DNA of 38,666 bases from a virus (taxonomy: Duplodnaviria > Caudoviricetes): the IMG/VR virus record IMGVR_UViG_3300028588_000048, positions 1 to 38,666 of that record, one strand, 5' to 3'. Within the stretch, counting starts at the first letter, position 1. Each line of letters begins with the position of its first letter. A program made the position numbers and the translations under genes. The notes under the pieces were generated by a model, which was not told the DNA's origin, made no database searches, and saw only the letters and a list, made by a program, of their open reading frames with translations. Of the stretch, positions 33,580 to 38,666 are shown in pieces.

Positions 33580-34236
33580 TTATTGAGAGATAGTGAAACC
33601 GCGAAGTGCGGCAAGTAGTTCGCCTTTTTCGCCGCCAGGATCACCCCGGAGCAGTTGTTTCAGGCCGTTACTGGCGATCTTCTCGGCCTGAGCTTTAGAA
33701 AAGCCACCTGCATCCCGCAGGAACTCTTCGAATTCGCGCAATGTCGGCAGGCGGCCTGCTTCAATCATTGCTTTGACGCTTTCAATACGCGCGTCGTCGT
33801 GCATTGGATTGGTGACGACGCTAATTTCGACAAGATCCAGTTCAATCAGCCGATTAGCGCCGGCTTTCTTGTCGTATTCCTCGCGTTTGATACGATAGCC
33901 AATCGAAAGACCCGTAATAGTCTTAGTCTTCATGCCCTTGTGAGCGATTCGCGCATATGGCGCGTCGTCGGTCCACAATTCAGCGTTACCGAGCAAGCCG
34001 TGATCGTCTTCCTTAAGATCAGGCCACGAACCAATCGGTTCATCCGTCTTGTGCTGCCACAAGACAGGCACCTGCCGACCGTTCGACTTCCACTTAGTCA
34101 GGCTTTTCTCGAAAGCGCCAGGCATAACAATGTCACCGCCTTGGTCAATCGTGCTGAATACCGAGCCGTAGCCAGTGAAACCCTTCTCACTGAACTCTTT
34201 AATCTCAAGCTCGACCGACTTAGTTAGCAGGTTCAT
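33580..34236 (-). CDS. HK97-family prohead protease
   Basis: F.GYGSVF..ID..GD...PGAF, LWQH, GLSIGY, L.EISVVT.P. Start reassigned to ATG 34236. Confidence 0.95.
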   Translation of the reverse strand: MNLLTKSVELEIKEFSEKGFTGYGSVFSTIDQGGDIVMPGAFEKSLTKWKSNGRQVPVLWQHKTDEPIGSWPDLKEDDHGLLGNAELWTDDAPYARIAHKGMKTKTITGLSIGYRIKREEYDKKAGANRLIELDLVEISVVTNPMHDDARIESVKAMIEAGRLPTLREFEEFLRDAGGFSKAQAEKIASNGLKQLLRGDPGGEKGELLAALRGFTISQ

Positions 34237-35536
34237 CTTCGTTTCCTTCATTATCTTGCGCGATTGTATCAGTTTGCGTAGTCGATGTAATCTGTCCGAC
34301 CATTTCAAGCGGAATCATGTTGCTTTGCATGTAAAGGCGATCACCGCCTGGAAGCGGAGGCTCGTTTTCAAGAGAGCGGCAGAAGTTAGGAGTATATATA
34401 CCGCCCTTAATCATCTTGTCGTAGAAGTTGGCCCGCCCAGAGCTATCAGCACGAAGCAAACTTTCTAGGTTGAACTCAGCGTAGTATTTCTTCCGTTCTG
34501 CCGGGGTCAGAAGATTTTTAGCAATACTTTGCTCGATGCGGGTAAGGTAAGGATCAAGTACGTATTGCTTGAAACCAAGGTTGATTTGTTCACGACCTGT
34601 TCCCCAATTAGATACCGCCGTACCATGGCCGATCATTGATGGTGGAACCTGATACCAGCGGCATAAATCCTCGACACTACGTGCCAAAGTCTCGGCCATC
34701 TGAGCGTCAACAGGGTTAATGCCGATCTGCTGATACTTCGCGCCGCCCTCCAAGAGGTGAAGCTTGCCGATTTCCATATTCCCAAACACGCCATCGACAA
34801 TGGCCTCTTGCATCTGCTTGCGCTGGTCTGCCTTGAGAATCTCCGTGATAGAAACCACACCCGATGGGCGCATATCCTTGCCAAACGTCTTAGCAGAGGC
34901 ATTTTCCACATTGGAAGCGCTCAAAACAGAGCGCCATCCCATACCAATAGGCGAATAACCGATCAAGCCGTCCGATCCGAAGCCCTTAATGTGCCAAATC
35001 TCGCGTTCTGTGTACTCTTTTTGGCCTCGTGGGTCGGCGTAAATGTACGTCACATCGCCATCCAGCGTGCGTCTAACGCTCATCAAAGCAGGGTTCAGCG
35101 GATCCAAAGCGACCAGCCTGGATCTAGAATAGGACTTCAGAACGTAGGAATTGCCCCACGTAAGCAGGCCAACGACCACGCATTCCCAGAATTCCACAGC
35201 CGTCATATCCGCATTTGGCGAATCGTGAAGCAGATAGTACAGAGAATGCTCGCGTGCGATACGTCGAGTATCCCTACCGTCAGTTTCGGTGCGCTCGTAG
35301 AGAAATAACGGCTGGGTCGAAATCGTGCCGGAGATTAGACGGACGCAGGACCAGATGGTGGAGAGTTGAAGCGCTCGATCAATGCGCGGAGTAGCATCGG
35401 ATGCCGAATGGTAGTCTCCGCGAGTCACATCACGGTTGCCTGGATCGAGGTCTAGCTGGCGATATGCAAGCGCATCACGCAAATTGAAATAGGTCTGCTT
35501 GACCTTAGCGACAAAGCCCACCTTATTTTCACTCAT
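34220..35536 (-). CDS. Portal protein, HK97 family
   Basis: V.LIS.TI...P, PN..MTA.EFW, G.SPI, VPP.MIG, LLRAD...RA, TPN..R.LEN.PP..GGD. Confidence 0.97.
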   Translation of the reverse strand: MSENKVGFVAKVKQTYFNLRDALAYRQLDLDPGNRDVTRGDYHSASDATPRIDRALQLSTIWSCVRLISGTISTQPLFLYERTETDGRDTRRIAREHSLYYLLHDSPNADMTAVEFWECVVVGLLTWGNSYVLKSYSRSRLVALDPLNPALMSVRRTLDGDVTYIYADPRGQKEYTEREIWHIKGFGSDGLIGYSPIGMGWRSVLSASNVENASAKTFGKDMRPSGVVSITEILKADQRKQMQEAIVDGVFGNMEIGKLHLLEGGAKYQQIGINPVDAQMAETLARSVEDLCRWYQVPPSMIGHGTAVSNWGTGREQINLGFKQYVLDPYLTRIEQSIAKNLLTPAERKKYYAEFNLESLLRADSSGRANFYDKMIKGGIYTPNFCRSLENEPPLPGGDRLYMQSNMIPLEMVGQITSTTQTDTIAQDNEGNEDEPAN

Positions 35537-37056
35537 GCGCCCGCCATGTCAGCCAAATAGTCATCCCAGGTCCGTTTGCTTTCCGTTGTTTCTTGTGGCA
35601 TTACGCCAACAGCCATAGCTAAGGCCACCATTCCGTCCATGCGACCGCGTGAGCGTGCCTTCTTGAATACCCTTGCGCCGTTCGTTCCTTCGACTACTGC
35701 ATTCGCGGCGCACATATTCATAACAGGGTGTTTTCCGTGTTTCAGTTGGCCGTTAAGCAATTTTACTTCAAGTTCACGGATTGCGGGTGTCATTGATGCC
35801 GTACCCTGCCCGAATTCCTTGATCTTGTCCAGCTCTGATTCGCTAAAGCCTTCCTCAATCAGCCAAGGAATAAGAAACCGAATGTTGTATCGGTCAAAGG
35901 CGAGACTTTGAACATCGAATGTATCGAAGATAACTCGCATTGTTTTGGCGACGTAGCGATATTCAACCGCTTTACCCGGAGTGGTCTGCAAAAAGCCCTG
36001 CTTTTCCCATAGGTCGTAAGGCACACGATCCTTCTGTGATTTTTCCCGCAATCCGAATGCTGGAAGCCAGAATGTAGGGTGGACTCCACCATCTTCATCC
36101 ACCAAAACAAGCGCGGTAAGGTCATTTACCTCGGCCAAGTCCAGCCCGCCCCAGACTTTTTTCCCCTTTCCATTGCCTGGGTCATCGCTATTCGCTTCCC
36201 ATGTTGTTTTTGACACGAACACAGAAGTCATTTCCGTTCGCTGGTTCAGTATCAAATTCCTGAACGCAGGCTCAAAAGATGGAATTGCCTTGGCTTTTTC
36301 GCACTGTTTCCGCACATCATCAATCGACCGAAACAAGCCAAGCGCAGGATTAGCCGCATACCAAGCGCTTTCGTCGTCCAGTTCGCAACCTTCTGGCGCT
36401 ACGTAGATGTGTTTTACGATATGCGGATCATCAGGCGCATCAATCAGGATTGAAAGAAGGTCGGCGTCAGTGGCAGCTTGCGTGCTAATGATGATCTTCA
36501 GTGGATTCTCATAAGCACCCTGCGAAGTCTCGATTGCCTCAACGAATGGATCGGAAGGCCCGCGAATCTGTCCAGTTTCATCAAGCACAGCAAGAACCAA
36601 ACTTCGACCGTGAGCGGTTTTACTCTCAGCCGACAGCGCTTGGTACTCCACGTTCTTGGAAACGCCTAGCAACTTCTTGGCAGATGGGAAAATCTTCACT
36701 CGCGCGGAAAGCTCCGGGGACATCTGGATAGCTTTTACTGCAAGCGTAAAGAGAACTGCGGCTTGTTCACGCGACATAGCGCCACTAGCTATCTGGCTAT
36801 TCTCAATCGCTTCAGGGCCAGCCAAGTGAGCCAGCAAGATAACCATAATCGTCGCGGTCTTGGCGTTTTTGCGCGCCATTGAGAGAATCGCAGTGTGAAC
36901 CGGAACCTCCGAGTCGTAAATTGCCTTGATGAAATCGACTTGAAATGGCTCCAGGCGCAACGGTTTTCCTACGAATTTCCCTTCTGGAATTCTGATATAC
37001 CGGTGCGCAAATTCGATAACTTTCTCGCCACGCGTTAAAGTCTTACGTGCAGCCAT
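35533..37056 (-). CDS. terL: Terminase large subunit
   Basis: LEPFQ, Walker A MARKNAKT, Walker B AVLDE, ISTQ, ANPALG, GLDLA...DLTA, RMDGMVAL.MA. Confidence 0.97.
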   Translation of the reverse strand: MAARKTLTRGEKVIEFAHRYIRIPEGKFVGKPLRLEPFQVDFIKAIYDSEVPVHTAILSMARKNAKTATIMVILLAHLAGPEAIENSQIASGAMSREQAAVLFTLAVKAIQMSPELSARVKIFPSAKKLLGVSKNVEYQALSAESKTAHGRSLVLAVLDETGQIRGPSDPFVEAIETSQGAYENPLKIIISTQAATDADLLSILIDAPDDPHIVKHIYVAPEGCELDDESAWYAANPALGLFRSIDDVRKQCEKAKAIPSFEPAFRNLILNQRTEMTSVFVSKTTWEANSDDPGNGKGKKVWGGLDLAEVNDLTALVLVDEDGGVHPTFWLPAFGLREKSQKDRVPYDLWEKQGFLQTTPGKAVEYRYVAKTMRVIFDTFDVQSLAFDRYNIRFLIPWLIEEGFSESELDKIKEFGQGTASMTPAIRELEVKLLNGQLKHGKHPVMNMCAANAVVEGTNGARVFKKARSRGRMDGMVALAMAVGVMPQETTESKRTWDDYLADMAGA

Positions 37057-38014
37057 TGGATGCCTCTATCATCGCCTTCGTTATAGTCATATAGGGTACG
37101 CCGTAATCCTCTGCATACTTCTTCTTGGCCGCATGAAATGCGATTAGTCTATCCCTAGCCGATATATCCCAATCTCTATCCCTGTTACGCTCAGCCATGT
37201 CGCCTCTTGCTTTGTGCGCAGCAGATATCTTGGCTTTTGTCTGCTCAGAAACACCTCTAGTTCTGTTCGACTGCCTTACTTTCTCTCGGCGCTCTTCCGT
37301 CCAGATTTGCGCCCGACAAACCTCGGCCTTGTATGCTCTTTGTTCAGGCGTAAGCTCTCTCGATTTATGAGATGCAGACATTTTTGCTCTAGATTCAGTA
37401 GACATCTTCTTACCAAGATTTCCAACTGCAATCTTATGCCTTGTTTCCTCAGAGACTACGCGACCAGTCATTCTTTCTGCTGTTTTCTTCCTAGCCTCGG
37501 CACTTTGGCTTGGTCCAGTACCCGCCGCGATCCTCGCGTTCGTTATGGCCCTCATCTCTGCTTTTCCTTCAAGGGTCTGACTTTTGATTAAGCCAGCAGC
37601 TGCCTTAGCCTTTAACTCGATTGACTTATTTGCTCTCCACTCTGGGGTTTGAGTATGATGCAAACCCGCCGCAGCTACTTCTTTCATTGCCTTAGAGTGG
37701 CCGGCGCGAGCGATAGCATAAGACTTTCTACGACGATTCAAGTAACCAGCATCTTTGCTTCTATTACCCTTCCAATCTACGCACATTGCCATTAAGGCAT
37801 ACCACATCTTGCCGCCGTAAATCTTAGCAAGCAGGAGATGAGCGAAGAAGTGATCTTCAGGAGTTAGACGAATTAGATTACTTGGGGTATTATCGCCCGC
37901 GTGCGCGCGCGGGAGGATGTGGTGCTTCTCAGAGTATGCGCCACTTGCAATGAGGGCGGCTTCTTTGATACGGCGATCGGCAATGAAGGCCGCGTAGATA
38001 TGCGAGTAGTTCAT
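37043..38014 (-). CDS. Free-standing HNH homing endonuclease with NUMOD3-like repeats
   Basis: MNY..IY..FI, YSEKHHILPR...GDN..SNLIRLT.EDHF.AH.LL; repeated SEETR.KI / STESRAKMSASHK. Confidence 0.9.
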   Translation of the reverse strand: MNYSHIYAAFIADRRIKEAALIASGAYSEKHHILPRAHAGDNTPSNLIRLTPEDHFFAHLLLAKIYGGKMWYALMAMCVDWKGNRSKDAGYLNRRRKSYAIARAGHSKAMKEVAAAGLHHTQTPEWRANKSIELKAKAAAGLIKSQTLEGKAEMRAITNARIAAGTGPSQSAEARKKTAERMTGRVVSEETRHKIAVGNLGKKMSTESRAKMSASHKSRELTPEQRAYKAEVCRAQIWTEERREKVRQSNRTRGVSEQTKAKISAAHKARGDMAERNRDRDWDISARDRLIAFHAAKKKYAEDYGVPYMTITKAMIEASNGCT

Positions 38015-38024
38015 GATTCCCTTG

Positions 38025-38122
38025 GCAAGAGGCGGCTATGAAAGATGTCGGAAACTAGTAGCCATACTAGCTTTTCGGGTGCCCCCTATCCGACTCTTTC
38101 ATTTTATCACCGCCGAGCTTGC
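38025..38122 (-). ncRNA. Structured leader filling the terS-HNH intergenic region
   Basis: Stem 38089-38102/38038-38052, inner hairpins CTAGTA-TGGC-TACTAG and GGG-GGCA-CCC, outer arms GCAAG..GGCGG / CCGCC..CTTGC. Confidence 0.55.
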
Positions 38123-38595
38123 TAGGCGAGAAGATCATCCTCTTCTTCGATTTCTTTAGCTAGTGCCCGAGCCGTCTGTTCGCTCTTCCGCTTATTGAGC
38201 GGCTGACGCGGGTCACCGACAGTACGGCCTCCCATTTGCAAAGTTCGCATTAAAGCCATTTGGCGTCGAGCCATCTGCTCCAGGATTGAAACACGAGGGT
38301 TGGCGACCATAGTACCTCTGTCGTTCTTCAGTACCCGACCTTCCTTCGCCATCTCTGCACGTTCCTCGTCCTGCTCAACAAAGCATTCCGCAAGCTGTGC
38401 GGCCACGGTCAATTGGAGATCGTTCCATTCATCCCGAGCGCGTGCCCGGACGATATGCAGATAGTGAGGAAGTGCCGCCGGTGAAATACTGACATGCTCA
38501 GGCGGCATCGGGTCACCCTTAGCCACGTTTAGAGCTGCCTGGACGGCAGCAGTTGCGCTGTCTGAGCGCTGTTGTCGCTTACGGGTCGTAGCCAT
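38122..38595 (-). CDS. terS: Terminase small subunit
   Basis: R.RSDS..AA, P.H.......P.....RAR.EW, EG.V..N.RG....NP......L.R.L; position upstream of terL. Confidence 0.9.
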   Translation of the reverse strand: MATTRKRQQRSDSATAAVQAALNVAKGDPMPPEHVSISPAALPHYLHIVRARARDEWNDLQLTVAAQLAECFVEQDEERAEMAKEGRVLKNDRGTMVANPRVSILEQMARRQMALMRTLQMGGRTVGDPRQPLNKRKSEQTARALAKEIEEEDDLLA

Positions 38596-38666
38596 GGCGC
38601 AATGTTTCTACTGAGAGTTGTGAGTTAGCGTTGAAAGGAAGGCTAGGCGCGGTCCTTAGCGGGACG

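Noticed and set aside
32536-33618. 360-aa plus-strand ORF, and similar long antisense ORFs (1033-1617, 2599-3333, 24706-25326, 33655-34227, 34757-35308)
   Set aside because: They shadow well-supported minus-strand genes, as expected from codon bias, and show no recognisable motifs.
37043-38121. Group I intron or intein interrupting the terminase
   Set aside because: terS and terL each look complete, the HNH is a separate ORF overlapping the terL start, and the ~107-nt spacer is too short for a ribozyme core.
1-38666. CRISPR array, tRNA genes, reverse transcriptase (DGR/retron), transposase, alternative genetic code
   Set aside because: No spaced repeat array, tRNA with T/D-loop consensus, RT or transposase motifs seen by eye. 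Genes end in TAA, TAG and TGA with dense standard-code coverage.

Overview
The window is an essentially complete (~38.7 kb) tailed-phage genome with an HK97-type head and a long non-contractile tail. It is opened near the packaging site: terminase small subunit at the right end, packaging-type HNH at the left end, and one ORF cut by the left edge. The host is probably a Gram-negative betaproteobacterium (inferred from two-component spanins and gene style). Layout: (i) minus-strand late operon 38595->15715: terS, inserted HNH/NUMOD3 endonuclease, terL, portal, protease, capsid, a block of accessory virion genes including a 719-aa enzyme-like protein, head-tail joining genes, tail tube, frameshifted G/GT chaperones, tape measure, a minimal tail tip, and an enlarged lysis region; (ii) plus-strand early arm 10710->15718: HTH protein, small ORFs, SSAP + YqaJ exonuclease + NinB, and a moron-like cluster; (iii) minus-strand early/middle arm 10546->661: MTase-like, NinG, SLOG, DUF1376 initiator, SF4 helicase, mosaic ORFs, HNH. 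No integrase, CI repressor, partition or protelomerase gene was recognised. The most interesting signals are missing from the ORF track: a 46-aa peptide with a duplicated AGNGNPPP..DKP motif translationally coupled to membrane proteins directly ahead of the holin; a 40-aa mini type IV prepilin; two promoter-proximal RNAs with the same hairpin-loop/internal-loop pairing architecture; and a short terminated RNA complementary to the phage's own early-gene ribosome-binding sites. All family assignments are from motif recognition by eye, not database searches.
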